From: Felis catus
Lineage: Eukaryota
Assembly (NCBI RefSeq): GCF_018350175.1
Contig: NC_058368.1
Location: 100,938,001 to 101,002,000, forward strand
DNA length: 64,000 bases
Direction: 5' to 3'
Positions within the stretch are counted from its first letter, which is position 1. Each line of letters begins with the position of its first letter. The notes beneath the pieces are model-generated. The model was not told where the DNA came from. It did no database searches and saw only the letters and a program-made list of their open reading frames with translations. Position numbers and translations under genes: made by a program. This document shows, in pieces, positions 12,840 through 25,125 of the stretch.

Positions 12840-13255
12840 TGTGTTGGTTTCATATTGCTGCTCTACCATGTTAGCACCAACTGAGGGCTTAAGACAACAG
12901 AAATTTATTTTCTCATTCTTCTTGTGGTCAGAAGTCCACAACGAGTTTCCCTGGGCTAAAATCAAGGCATCCCCAGGCTGGAGGGGCGCGTCCATTCCCT
13001 TTCCTTCTAGCTTCTCAAGGTCCCCTGGGCTCTCGATCCTCCCTCTGTCAATGAAGCCAGCCACGTGGCATCCTCCAGGCTCTCTCTGAATCGGAGCCTC
13101 CTGCTTCCTTCTCATCGGGCATCTTATTATTACACTGCGCCCACCTGGATAGTCGAGGAGAATTGTTCCATTTTAAGACCCTTGTGCAAAGTACCTGGCC
13201 ATGTAAGGTGACCTTCACAGGTTAGGATGTTGATGTCATAGGATGAGTCTCCCAC
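12840..13255 (-). mobile_element. MaLR solo LTR (MLT1-type)
   Basis: tgtgttggtttcatattgctgct..gcttaagacaacagaaatttatt..cagaagtcc..gccatgtaaggtgac. Confidence 0.8.
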
Positions 13256-13607
13256 AGGCAGCGCTAACTCAGGTTCCAGTAGAATTTTTCTTTTATATAT
13301 GTTGTCCCTTAAAACTGCTGCCCAGAAAGGCTTAGCTGAGAACCGTGATTTTTCATGAACAGAATTTGGACCTAAATCTTAGGAGCATTGGAAGGATCAG
13401 TCTCTCTGTTTTAAAAAACTTAAGTTCATTCTATTGTAGACCTTTTGAGAAACTCTCCAAGTAGTTTGGTCTAGTTTACGTGTCATTTCCAGCGAGATAG
13501 TTAGAAACATTGCGTTTTATTTTGCTTTTTTATGTGAAATAATATGTAGAAAGACTTTACTTCTTCTGAGCAAAATTTCATTATATTAATTGATTTTGAA
13601 AATTATA

Positions 13608-13815
13608 GGGGTGCCTGGGTGGCTCAGACGGTTGGGTGTCCGACTTCAGCACAGGTCACCATCTCGCGTTGTAAGTTCAAGCCGCGCGTCGGGTTCTGTG
13701 CTGACAGCTGAGACCCTGAAGCCTGCTTCAGATTCTGTGTCTCCCCCTCTCTCTGCCATTCCCCTGCTTGTGCTCTCTGTTTCTCAAAAATGAATAAACG
13801 TTAAAAAATATATTT
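13608..13815 (+). mobile_element. Felid CAN-SINE about 320 bp upstream of exon 3
   Basis: ggggtgcctgggtggctcag head, (CT)n, aataaacgttaaaaa. Confidence 0.95.
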
Positions 13816-14138
13816 AAAAGGATTATAAATGTCTTTACCTCCATTATAATGCATTTACTGAGCTTTTAATTTTTTGGAAAAAAGTAATCCAGTCTGAAAT
13901 ACTCAGTGATATACAAGCATAGCAAAATCTACCAAAACCATAAAATGCTTATCCCAAAACCTAAACACTTAGGAAAGCCAAGTAAAGAATTTGTTACCGA
14001 AATTTCACTGTAATTATACTTTCTTGTATCTTTTTTATTGGAGATAGTTGTGGCTCATTTTCTTTTACTGCCTTTCCCCCTCAAATAATCTCTTTATAAT
14101 TGAGACATTTTTCTGTTTTTTTGTTTCTATCTTTATAG

Positions 14139-14243
14139 CTTAAGAAATGTATAAAAACTCCAGAAATCCCTTCTAAACATGTTAGGAACTGGGTCCCAAA
14201 AGTCTTGGAGCAACGACGACAAGGTTTGGAAACATATTTACAG
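14139..14243 (+). CDS. SNX24: Sorting nexin 24 internal coding exon (exon 3), PX domain: LKKCIKTPEIPSKHVRNWVPKVLEQRRQGLETYLQ
   Basis: Acceptor tttgtttctatctttatag|CTT and donor CAG|gtaaga; 105 nt, phase 0-0, continuing the frame of the 1572-1655 exon. Has the PX proline-rich loop (PEIPSK) and the RRxGLE-YL helix. Not in the ORF track; found by reading. Confidence 0.95.
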
Positions 14244-16244
14244 GTAAGATGTGTTTAGATCCTCAGTCAATAAAATGCAGTTTAAATAAATTTATGTCTC
14301 GATATTTTTTTTGTCAGAACTTCTGGGTGAGATGCAAAATATATCAACAGTCAAACATTCTAGATTAAAATAAAGAAAGTTTAAAATTAAAAATATGTTG
14401 TCAGTTGGTCCTTTTAGCTTTAATGAAGTTGTATTTGTAATTGGTTCTCTGGATCGAGGAGGTGAAAATTTAGTATAAAGGTAAAAACTGATGTAAAGCA
14501 AATCTGTCCATGTTTTAATTAAGCTCTGTGAATTACTTTTTGCTTTTTGTTTTCTTTCCAAGATTTATTGCTTTCTCATGGCATTCCTAGCCTTTAGTTT
14601 TGGGTTTTGAAGACATAGAGAAACTGAATTTTTGTTGGGCCTGGCCAGTCCATCTATGGAATCAAGTTGAGAACAAGTGCATAAAAATTAATTGCCTCTG
14701 ATGAAGTGTCGGCTTCTTTGAAAATTAGAATGTGTGCTTGTGAAAGAATGTGATAGGAGGCCCTTTTCTGCAGTTGAGAGGAGCAAGTGGAACTATTGAG
14801 GGAAGAAAGAACAACGCTTGTCCTAAGTGACAGGAAAAGCAAAAGAAAAGATAGAGCAGTGTCAACTTCTGTCTGTTTTTAAATATAAAAGGCTAAAGGC
14901 CTCAGATGAATATTTCATGTAGTCATTAATCCGAAGAGAACCACACAGGGCAGGTGCAGGGATGGCACAGGTCGGGTGTTCAGCCAGGACACTGAACAAT
15001 TGACAGGCAGATGCATGGGAATGACCCAGGTGAGCATAGCTGGGAAGATAAGGAAGAGCAGAGCTGGATCTCACCTGAGGGTTATGGATTCGCCGTGATG
15101 AGCTATCCGTCTGAGACATGTTACATCACAGAAACAGCGGCTGTTACTCTCCTTTTTATGAATAATACCTTGTAACCCCTGTAAGCTTTAATCTTAGGGT
15201 GGGTTCTGTGCAGGCAGGTAGCTGGAGGCTCTGGGAAGCCAGGACCCAGTTTCCACGACAGAGTTTTTCTGGGTGGTTGTGCCTGAATCACTCTTGGTTA
15301 CAAGGGGAGGATACGCTGTCACTGCACGCTTCAGATGCCTCTCTCCCACTAGAGAGATGCCAAGAGCCTCTTGGTGGCCTTGCATAGTTTTCTTGGTCTT
15401 GATGGTGTTCTCCAAGGAGAGTTGACATGCTGGAGACCTTGCGATCATCTGAGGAGGGCTGTCTTGACTGTTTCTGTTCTCTTTCTTCGGGCATGGCGGT
15501 TTTCACTGCCTCTCCCTGAAAGTGAGAGATTAAAGGAAAGGGGGACCACAAAGGACAGGAACATGTGTGGCTGTGTTCCCTGGGACTCTGTACATGGAGC
15601 TGTGAGCGTTCCCAAGCTTCTGGCAGCATTGCAGAGCAAAACCAAAGCAAAAAACCAAAACACGAGACTTTAGACATCGTGTATGCAAAGGGTAGAAAGT
15701 CCTGTTCTCTGTAATTAAATGGAATAGGTAAACAGTGCATTCTTACTCATAAGCCAGATTTTCCACGGATATTGTATATCTTCAAGCTTTCGTTGTGAAG
15801 AACGCTTTCCTCTTTTTTCCTCCCATTGTCTTTGACACATGACTTCCATTACTACTTAGTGTAAACATTTTAAGTTGTTTGTACTTTGAATATAAATATG
15901 CAGATAAAATCATCTGGCACCGAGAGGAGTTTACAGTGACTCTCAAATTGGGCTTGGAATTTTCTATTCTCAGAAATGGGGCTTGAAAGATGTGGTTGAG
16001 GGACCAAAAGGGCTTGGTTCCTGTTATGAGTTTAATATTCGTTTTCTTGTCCCTTCAGTCTCCAAGGAGTTGCAGGGAGCCTTCTCTTCTCCCTTTTCTT
16101 CCTGATTCTCTTTGTGGGCGGTGGGAGCTAGGTGGAAGTTGGAAAGATGAGTGGGAATGCTTTATCTGCTGTCCCAAGTGAAATGAAAACCCTGGGTTAT
16201 GCATCATTTTGGGATAACTTGTGGTATGTAAGCCTCTTGAGGAG

Positions 16245-16432
16245 TCAGACAGCCTCCATGATCTTACGGTTCATGAGTTTGAGCCCTATGTCAGGCTTTG
16301 TGTTGACTGTGCAGAGCCTGCTTGGGATCCTCTCTCTCCCTCTCTGTCTGCCCCTCCCCGCCTTGTGCTCACTTGTTCGCTCTGTCTCTCTTTTTTTCAG
16401 AATAAATAAATAAACTTATAAAAAAAAAAAAA
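16245..16432 (+). mobile_element. 5'-truncated felid CAN-SINE
   Basis: catgatcttacggttcatgagtttgagccc..gcctgcttgggatcctctctc, A tail. Confidence 0.9.
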
Positions 16433-17047
16433 GGAGTAGGCCAGTCTTTTCATGAACTGGCCCTTTTCTGGCCCATAAACCTGAGAGAGTATTATAGCCC
16501 AAGTCAGAGCATCTAAAGCTCACTGTGACCTTAGACGTTACCTAGTCCAACCTGCCTCCTGCCCTTCATTTACGTTCATGATTGTCTGTCTGGCCTCACT
16601 TTCCCACCCGTAGAACAGGCAGATTAGCCTTTGAGAGGGCCACAGAAAACACTTGTCCAGAGATCAACTAGTACATTCTGCACCATGGGTGAGTGCAACA
16701 CCATTCCCTAAGGTGGCCCACACTGCTCTTTTATTTTAGAGATGGAGAAACTGAGGTGTAGTATGGTTACAAAACCTGCCTCACTTCCTGGAATTTATTA
16801 GTTAATGAGATGGCCTGAAATGTTACTTTCTTAACTCTCAGGAGGCTCTTTTCAAGCTGCATTGTAGAGTTTCTAATTTTTCAGCCTTGACATAGTTTTA
16901 CTTAAAGCTATATTAATAATTGTAAAAGAAATGTCCTTATAATCATAAACTTTCGCAATTTATTTAACTACCTACCCCCATCTCCCTTGATAGATTGATA
17001 GATGGGGAGTTTTTAAAATCTATAACTTGATTATTTAGAATCCTACA

Positions 17048-17260
17048 GGGGCAGCTGGGTGGCTCAGTCGGTTAAGCATCCAACTTCCTCTCAGGTCATG
17101 ATCTTGTGGTTTGTGAGTTCGAGCCCCATGTCAAGAGCCTGGAACCTGCTTCAGATTCTGTGTCTCCCTCTCTCTCTGCCCCTCACTGTTCATGCTCTGT
17201 CTTTCCCTCTCTCTCTCTCAAAAATGAATAAACATTAAAAAAAGTAAAAAAGAAAAAAAG
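17048..17260 (+). mobile_element. Felid CAN-SINE with internal deletion
   Basis: ggggcagctgggtggctcagtcgg head, A tail. Confidence 0.93.
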
Positions 17261-17369
17261 AATTCTTAGGATTCATTGTGTCTTCCAACTGGAAAAGTTC
17301 CATAGCTTCTCTCTGGTTGTGAAATTGTTCCATAAAGTACAGGTACACCTACTCTGCAACGAAAGACAA

Positions 17370-17645
17370 GACACATAGAGGGCCTAACCAGGTCTAACGT
17401 CGCAGAGTCCCAGAAAGAAGGGAGAGGGGAAAATACAAAAGTAGGGGAGGAAATCATCAAAGGAAAAAGAGTTGAACATTTTCCCCAGCTGGAGGCTGTG
17501 AGCCTTTACATAGACCAGGTGCCCCGAGGGCAGAACCCAGAGACCCATAGAAGCCCTCCAGGGCTCGGACACAGCTGGCAAAATTTCAGTATGTCAGAAA
17601 TAAAGATCCATACTCTTCCAGAAAAGAAAAACAAACAGTGGGCAA
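17370..17645 (+). mobile_element. HAL1/old L1 ORF1 remnant
   Basis: aggtctaac..gagtcccagaaag..ggaaatcatcaaagg..cattttccccagctg..aaatttcag..aaagatcc..cttccagaaaag resembles ORF1 RRM-coding DNA. Confidence 0.6.
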
Positions 17646-18669
17646 GGTTGAGGTTCCGCCCTGGCCTCATTTTCTTATCTGAGACTGGTCGAATGGGCGG
17701 GTCCCTCTCCGTTCTTCAGTAGCAGCATGAAATCGCAAGCTGGCCGGGCTTAGACAAAGACTTTTCGTGCGTATTTCTCATGCGTCACTTGTTGCAGTAA
17801 TGTGAGATTTATGTTTCTGAGAAAGGGACACACATCTCATGTCATTTACTTAAGAACAACAGCAGTTTACGTTTTCATCTTACTCATAAGGAGGGAACAA
17901 CAGTTAACTCTGCAGTGAGTGTTGGGAGCTAGAGATCCAAGTGACCCATAGAAATCAAGACTAAGGATAATCTCAGCCAGAAAGAAATGGCTTAAAGAAA
18001 AGTTCATTTAGAGAAAACAGTCCACAGCTGGTGTGGGGTTTGTCAAAAAGCGCTTGCAGAATGCTATAGTCAGAGGACCCGATTACCTGACTAGCCTGCC
18101 CCTCATTTGTTTTTTGAACATGTACAATATAGTACAATGTTCCCTTGGGCCAGTAGTCTGGTGGACCAGAGTATTATATTTTTAACTCTTCCTCTAGTGC
18201 ATGAAACATTTATTAAAATTGACATCGTGTGCTTGAAAACGCGTATTCTCTAATTCTTGAATGCACTGAGCTATATATAATCAAATGAAGCTGGTTAAGT
18301 GTGCTCTTCAGTCAAACGTGGCTTTTTGATCTGCAAGAAAAAGGTGTGTTCAAATTTTCCACTTACGTTTCAAGGATTGATTGCTCCTATGATTGAGCTT
18401 AGTTCAAACATCCATCCTTTCTCTCTTGGTCCCTTTTTTTGTGAGCTTTTGCTTTTGTTGCCCACGTTTGGATGGGTGGCAGATTTCCCCTGCCCCCAAG
18501 CCCCCTTTTTCTCTTTCCATTTTTCTTCCTCCGTTAGTTTGCATCTATTCTTGTCATAGTTACCCGTTCTCTTTAGTCTCCTGAGCACAACAGGGATTTT
18601 AGGATGTTTCACATCTCATCACTCTAGACCACTCTAGATCTAGGATCCTGGGTTGACGGTCCCTGTTTT

Positions 18670-20150
18670 GTTTTTTTCTGCTTGGAAAATACTGTACCAC
18701 TTCCCTCTGGCTTCTATAGTTAATGATAAAATCCACTGTCATATTAGTGTTTTCCACTTGTATGTGAGATGAGGTTTTAAGATGTCTTTTTTCAAGATTT
18801 TAGCTTTGTCGTTAGTTTTCAGAAGCTTCATTGTGTGCCTTGGTGTGTATTGCTTTGGGTTTTTCCTGTTTGGAGTTTTGTTTCTCTCCTCCCTGCTTTC
18901 TCCTCTCCTTCTAGGACTATGATCGTAGGGATACATGGGGTGTTTTGTGCTGTAGTCCCACAGAGACTTGGGTCTTCTTCTGGGTTTTTTTTTTTTAGAC
19001 TTTTTTCTCTGCGTGGGTCAGATAAGATCATTTCTGTTGTTCTGTCTTTCCATTTGCTGACTTTTTCCTCTGTTCTTACCATTCTGCTGTTGAACCTGTC
19101 CACTGAGCTTTTTATTTTGATTATTGTATTTTTCAGGTTTAAAATTCCCACTGATCTTTATATAGCTTTTATTTCTGTGCTGACCCCCTATATGTCTTTG
19201 TTGAGTTTTTGTATTGTTTCTTTTGTTTCAAACGTGTTCATAATTACTCATTGAAATATTTTTATCTTGGCTGCCTTACAAGTCATTCTCTAACATCTTT
19301 GTCTTCTCAGTGTTAGCGTCTATCGATTGTCTTTTTTATTCCGTGTGAGAGCTTCCTGGGTCTGATACGAGGAATGATTTTGGTTGATTCCTAGACATTT
19401 TTGTATTTTGTGACGAGACTCTGCATCTTATTTAAACCTCCCGTCTTGGCTGGCCTTCTCTGATACCCCTCAGCCTGGGGGACAGGTGGGGGGACTTTAT
19501 CTCATTTCTGCCAGGTGCAGGTAGAAGACCAGATTTCCCATTTGGCCTTGGTTGACACCTGGGCTGGAAAGGGTATTCATTACTGCTAAGAGGAAAGGAG
19601 TCCCAGCTCTCCCTTGGTTGCCACTGACGCTTTGGGTGGGGCACGTTATTGTCTTGGGGCAGTGAGAATCCTGGTTCTCTGCTTGGCCTTCTCTGACACC
19701 CCCCTGGCATTGAGTGCCCCATTGAAGTCTCATGAGGTTGGAAGTCTAGGCTTCCTTCTAGGCTTTCCCTGGCTTGAGTGGAAGTGGAACGACTATTCTT
19801 TCTGTGGTCGTTGGGTTGAGTAGAGTGATCAGTGTCTAAAAGTTTTCTCTCTTACTAGGCTATCGTTTTCACAGCCTTCTTACTAAAGGAAATGGGCTTT
19901 TATTGGGGCTTTATTTGTCTGCAACTCTTGGTATTTCCTGGCTGCCAGCTTTTTCTGCTGTATGTCAAGATATGTGAGGCAAAACGAAATCCCAGGAAAG
20001 ATAAAATGTACCTCTGTGGCATTCCTTAGGTGCTGGCAGGTTTCATTTCTCCCCTCAACCTTAGGTACAATGTCCAATAAAATGTTTTAGTTGCATTCAG
20101 CAGGAGAAAGGGAAAAAGTATAGCTGTTCCATCTTAACAGAACTGGAAGT
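18670..20150 (-). mobile_element. Ancient L1M 5' region and ORF1 remnant
   Basis: Minus-strand ORFs 18828-19151 (LNLKNTIIKIKSSVDRFNSRM..TEEKVSKWKDR, ORF1p coiled-coil-like) and 18739-18936 (TPNRKNPKQYTPRH..KLLKTNDKAKILK, RRM-like), frameshifted. Confidence 0.85.
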
Positions 20151-21104
20151 CTGTCCTTTGAGTTTTTAGGTTTTAGTATTATACTTTTTTGTTTTAGAAA
20201 TTTTGTCTGATTTTTTCCCCCCTAATCTGCCTGGATGTTTCTTTGGAGGTCTGTTTTTATCTTTTTCAAATATTTTAACTCTTGGTTTCCCAGGAAAAAT
20301 GGTTATCACCATTTTTTGTAGTAATCACTACTGTTTTTGTAGTTTTTTTAATGAATAATTTACAGAAATTCAAATGAGAAAAGTGAAATGCAACTTCACT
20401 AGAATTTTGATCGGAATTTCAGCATCACAAACTCGAAAGTTTTAGTCCTTATTTTCCTAGTTTTTAAATGGGCAGCATCTTTTGAACAGTATACCTCCTT
20501 GATCTTGAACTACTCTGCATGAACCTGAAACATAAATCATCTTGTAAGCCTTGTAAAAGCTTCCAGATTTTAAGTATATCTCTAGTAGGTTCTAGCTTAC
20601 CATTGTTAATGGTTCTTTTTCTTAGACATGCATTTTCACAGTCCAAATCTTTGGAAACCTTGATGGTTAATAGATGTGTTGAAGAGACAGTGGCTTATAT
20701 CATTGCTGCCTAATTGCAAAATATTTTCCTTTTTAGATTTAGAGACACAACTAGAATGACTAAATTAATAAACTTTTTTTAAACTTCTGCTCTACTGTTT
20801 CCTTCCAGACACCTTTGTATATGCTTTTGTCAAGTAAAATAAAGCATGTGTTAAATAAATCTTGGTACACAAACATCATAAAAAGTGAAAGAATAGTGTT
20901 CCACATTCGTTTAGCGAAATGAAATGGTCCATGTTCTGGATGTGAAGTAATGTATAGTAAAGTTCTTCCTATCGAATGAATATCTCCAAGAGAATACTGT
21001 ATTTCCTTTTTTGTCATTGATCTCTAAGTGTGAGAAAATTCATCTGTGGTAGCATCTGAAGTTTCATGATCTATGACTTTACCTGTGCACCCAATTTTGG
21101 TATA

Positions 21105-21620
21105 TATTATGGAAGCCAGTAGTCAGATGTGGCTAATAAACATTTGAAATGCGGCTAGTCTGAATCAAGATGTTCTGTAAAATATACACAGATTTCAAAA
21201 CCTTTGTACAAGAAAGAATGTAAAATATCTCAGTAGCTTTTATAATGATTACACTTGAAGTAATATTTTGTATAGGATCGAACAAAATATATTGTTCCTT
21301 TTTACTTTTTTCATGTGGCTACCAAATAATTTAAATGTGAAATTTACTTTTTTTTTAAGTTTATTTATTTATTTGGAGAGAGGGAGAGAGGGGGAAGGGC
21401 AAAGAGACAGGGAGAGAGAATCCCAAGCAGGCTCCACACCATCAACGCAGAGCCAGATGTTGGGGCTTGAATTTATGAAATGCAGCATCGTGACCTGAGC
21501 CGAAACCAAGAGTCAGAAGCTTAACCAACTGAGCCCCCCTGTGCCCCAAATTTTACATTTTTAATTATTATGCAGTATATCTGTGGCTTCCATTTTACTT
21601 CTGTTGGATCGTGGTGGTCT
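21105..21620. mobile_element. MER33/MER3-like hAT-Charlie MITE split by a SINE
   Basis: atgtggcta..ttgaaatgcggctagt..aatgtaaaatatctca..atgtggctac..tgtggcttccatt..ctgttgga..tctaga. Confidence 0.75.
21348..21547 (-). mobile_element. Felid CAN-SINE
   Basis: ttttttaagtttatttattt..gaatcccaagcaggctcc..gtgcccc. Confidence 0.95.
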
Positions 21621-22212
21621 AGAGTATTCCTGTCTCTCTCTGTTGTCATTATCTGAGTCATCTAATAATCAGGAAACACTTTACTCCCTTGATTTTTTTT
21701 TTCTTTATTCTTTTGGGTAGAAAATGAAAATTGCTAAATATTTAACTGTGTTCAATGAAAACTTTTTAAGTAACTTCAAAGATGATGTCTCCAAACCTTG
21801 AAAGATAATGAGTACTTTGGGCAACACAGTAAGAAAGCTAAAACGTATTGTAATGATTATTATTTATTTCATTGTCTTTCCAAATGATTCCATTGTTCTA
21901 TAGATGTTCTTATTATTTTCATATTTTCTTAGCACAGTTGAGAATAACTGATGAGTAATGATGAAATGATACTTAGAATCACAAAGTAGCAAAGTATTGC
22001 AAGGTATAGGAAAAATAAGATTACTAAAATTCAGTAATGTGTATTAGGAAAGAATCCAATTGCTTCATATGGTAATCCTAAGAGTGAAGGAATTTGGTTC
22101 TCTTTTTTTAAAGATACACGAATTTTCTTTTTTTTGGAAGACATGTAAGAAAGAATAAACGTCATAAAATACCAATTTTTATCAATAGAAACACTTAATT
22201 TTCTGTCTGTCT

Positions 22213-22424
22213 TTTTTAAAAAAAAAGTTTATTTCTTTATCTTGAGAGAGAGAGAGAGAGCACAAGCCAGTGAGGGGCAGAGAGAAGGGGATAAAGAATC
22301 CCAAGCTGGCTTCATGCCATCATTGCAGAGCCCGATGCGGGGCTTAAACTCATGAACCCTGAGATCATGACCTGAGCAGAGATCGAGAGTCAGGCGCTCA
22401 ACGGACTAAGCCACCCAGGCGCCC
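22213..22424 (-). mobile_element. Felid CAN-SINE
   Basis: Degenerate TSD cttaattttctgtct/cttaatattctgcct. Confidence 0.95.
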
Positions 22425-22439
22425 TTAATATTCTGCCTT

Positions 22440-23330
22440 TTAAATGTAACCTGTCATTCTTCTGATTCTTCTTTTCATCTTTGGTGCTCTGTTTTACCGT
22501 AGAACTTTGTTACTGTAGTTATTCTGTATCTAGGCATAGATTTTTTTTTCATTTATATTTTTGTGTATTGTGTGTGCGTTTGTGTGGGTGCACACACGCT
22601 CTCTCAATCTGAATATAGGTACTTTTCAGTGTCTCTGGAAAATGCCCAGGTATCATATCTTTGATTGTTGCCTCTTCCGTCCCCCCCCCTTTTTTTTAAT
22701 TTTTTTAATTCTCAGTCTGATAAAAGTGATGTCTTCATAGGTCTCATTTGTTTCTGCTAGTTTTTGCACATGGTACTTTGTTTCCTCTTAGTGTATTTAT
22801 GTGTGGTTTTTGTTTGTTTCAATTTTTAGCTTGGGTAATGCATTTCCTTGTACCTTCATCCCTGGGGATTTTTTTTCATGTCCAGGATTCAATTTACTTT
22901 TTACACGAGATAGAATTTTTGTTTGCTTTTGCTAATCACCTAGGAGCACTACCAACTGGGTGGGACTTCTTAGCTTGAAAGTTTTTTTGGACCACACAAA
23001 AGGCATTAGATTAGGTTCCAAACCTGTGAGTGGGTTTATTTCTCTCTTTCCCTTCCTCTGGGTATGTATCCTTCAGCAGCTTCTTTTGGAGTTCGCCTCT
23101 TAGATCCCTGATGCCCATCTGTCTTGAGCAAAGCTTAGGCTTTATCTTCATTTCTTCTGTCCGTGCAGCTTTCATAGTAGATGCTCAAAGTTCTAGGGTT
23201 CAACTTGCCTGTGGGAAAGGACCAGGTCTGGTGCTTGCTTATCTATCAGGATTTCAATTTACATTTGATGTAAGGATGCTCGTGATTCCTTACTTTTTTA
23301 TTACCTCAGTGATGCATTTTTTAAAAATTT
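22440..23330 (-). mobile_element. Degenerate old L1/HAL1 remnant
   Basis: T-rich; tctaggcatagattttt..tcaatctga..tctggaaaat..tatctttgattgttgcctct resembles antisense ORF1. Confidence 0.55.
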
Positions 23331-23333
23331 CTT

Positions 23334-23480
23334 ATATATATTTATATATGTGTGTGTGTATGTGTGTGTAATTATATGTAATATGTATTTGTATTTTAAA
23401 ATAATATATATTTATATTTATAAATACAAGATATGTGAAATATATTTAAATGTATATATTGTGAGTGTATTTACATATAT
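23334..23480. repeat. TA/TG low-complexity tract
   Basis: tatatatatttatatatgtgtgtgtgtatgtgtg... Confidence 0.85.
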
Positions 23481-24156
23481 AGCATTTTTAGGATCCTCAG
23501 TATTCATTTCCAAGAAAATATGGCTTAGTGAAATGTTCAAGTGCTAAATCACTCCTCATGGTTAGCCAGATACTGCTACCAAGATTTACCATATGGACTT
23601 CTCTCTGCAGTTACATACATAATTTGCTACAATCCGTTCTTCAAACACAGAAAAGTTTGGAAAATAAGTTTAATTATTTTACTGATTATAAGATTCTGTT
23701 TGACAGTGTTTGCTTCCCAAATCAAAATGGATTTGATATCCTGTTCATTCAGGGGAGGGAATGTGGTTTTCAGGAATCTCTGGGAGGGTCCACGTGCCAC
23801 AGCAAGTGACTTGTCATGTTCCATACCGGAGCAGAAGCCTTTATAAAATGCCACCTGTCATATACATGTGCTGTAAAATAGACCTTAAACATTCCCACAA
23901 GTTAGTTCCCAAAGAGGTTGCATCGTGACCTAAACATGGTTTTTTGGTTTTTGTTGTTGTTGTTGTTGTTGTTTTTAAATTACATAGCTAGTATGTAGGC
24001 TTAATGCCATGGGGTACATAGAATAATTTTTTTTTTCTGCCTTTGACTCTTATTCAGCCACAAATCTCCCCACCCCAGTGTACTTAAGAGGACACTTTCT
24101 TCCAAAGTAGGCTGGCTTCCTGATTCCACTCTGCATACTTTCCAGCCTTTCTTTAT

Positions 24157-24365
24157 CTTTTTTTTATGTCTGTTTTTTATTGTTGAGAGAGATAGACACA
24201 ACACAAGTGAGGGAAAGGCAGGAGAGAAGGAGACACAGAATCTGAAGCAGGCTCCAAGCTCTGAGCTATCAGCATAGAGCCCAACGTATGGCTCAAACCC
24301 ATGAACCGTGAGATCATGAGCTGAGCCAAAGTCCGGCGCTTAACCAACTGAGCCACCAGGCTCCC
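24157..24365 (-). mobile_element. Felid CAN-SINE inserted in the tail of the adjacent SINE
   Basis: Flanked by tatctttttttt on both sides. Confidence 0.92.
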
Positions 24366-24370
24366 GTATC

Positions 24371-24580
24371 TTTTTTTTTTTTTTTTTAATTCTTATTTAT
24401 TTTGAGAGAGAGATGGAGAGCAAGTCGGGGAGGGGCAGAGAGAGAAGGAGACAGAGACCCAAGCAGGTTCTGTGCTGTCAGCAGAGTCGGATGCTAGGCT
24501 CAAACCCACGAACCCTGAGATCATGACCTGAGCCCAAATCAAGAGTCAGACGCTTAACTGACTGAGCCACCCAGACGCGC
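24371..24580 (-). mobile_element. Felid CAN-SINE (host), outer TSD ccagcctttctttat
   Basis: TSD at 24142-24156 and 24580-24594. Confidence 0.93.
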
Positions 24581-24954
24581 CAGCCTTTCTTTATTTTTAA
24601 CCTGTCTTTATCTTTCTTTTTTCATGAGCTTCTTTACCCTTCTAAAGATTCTGTGGCAACTTGATCCCGTTCCCCATTTTGCAGTAAGAAACTACGGCTG
24701 ACACGCTGGAGTGGCGTTTTATTTTGGTAATTGTTGGGTGAACAGCCGTTGGGATGCCTATCGCCTGTTGCTACATGAAAATGCTGGAATAAGAGCCCAG
24801 GTACCCCCAGAATCGCATGGTCATTAAGTGTCTGATACCACCACGGCATTGTCTCAGAACTGTCCTGTTTTGCTTAATAAGCAACTTCTATACTAGTTGA
24901 AGTACACCCTTAAACCATTTTGTGAATCACATTTTCTTCCACACTTCCCTTTTC

Positions 24955-25125
24955 TTTTTTTTTAATTGAAGTATACTTGACATACAATGTTATATTGGTT
25001 TCAGGCATACAGCATTGTGAGTGGACCATTCTATCCCCTACGCGGTGCTCACTGCTGTAAGCTCGGTTACCATCTGTCACCGTATAGATGTTACTGAGTG
25101 TGTTCCTTATGCTGTACCTTTCCTT
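24955..25125 (-). mobile_element. L1 3' end fragment (carnivore L1/L1MA-like)
   Basis: ttttttaattgaagtatacttgacatacaatgttatattggtttcagg..ttaccatctgtcacc..tatgctgtacctttc. Confidence 0.85.

Noticed and set aside
15194..15740. Cluster of overlapping ORFs up to 150 aa
   Set aside because: No recognisable domain or consistent exon signals; expected by chance in GC-richer intron.
16975..17010. Short hairpin ccccatct...agatgggg
   Set aside because: 8-bp stem only; too short for a pre-miRNA and likely chance.
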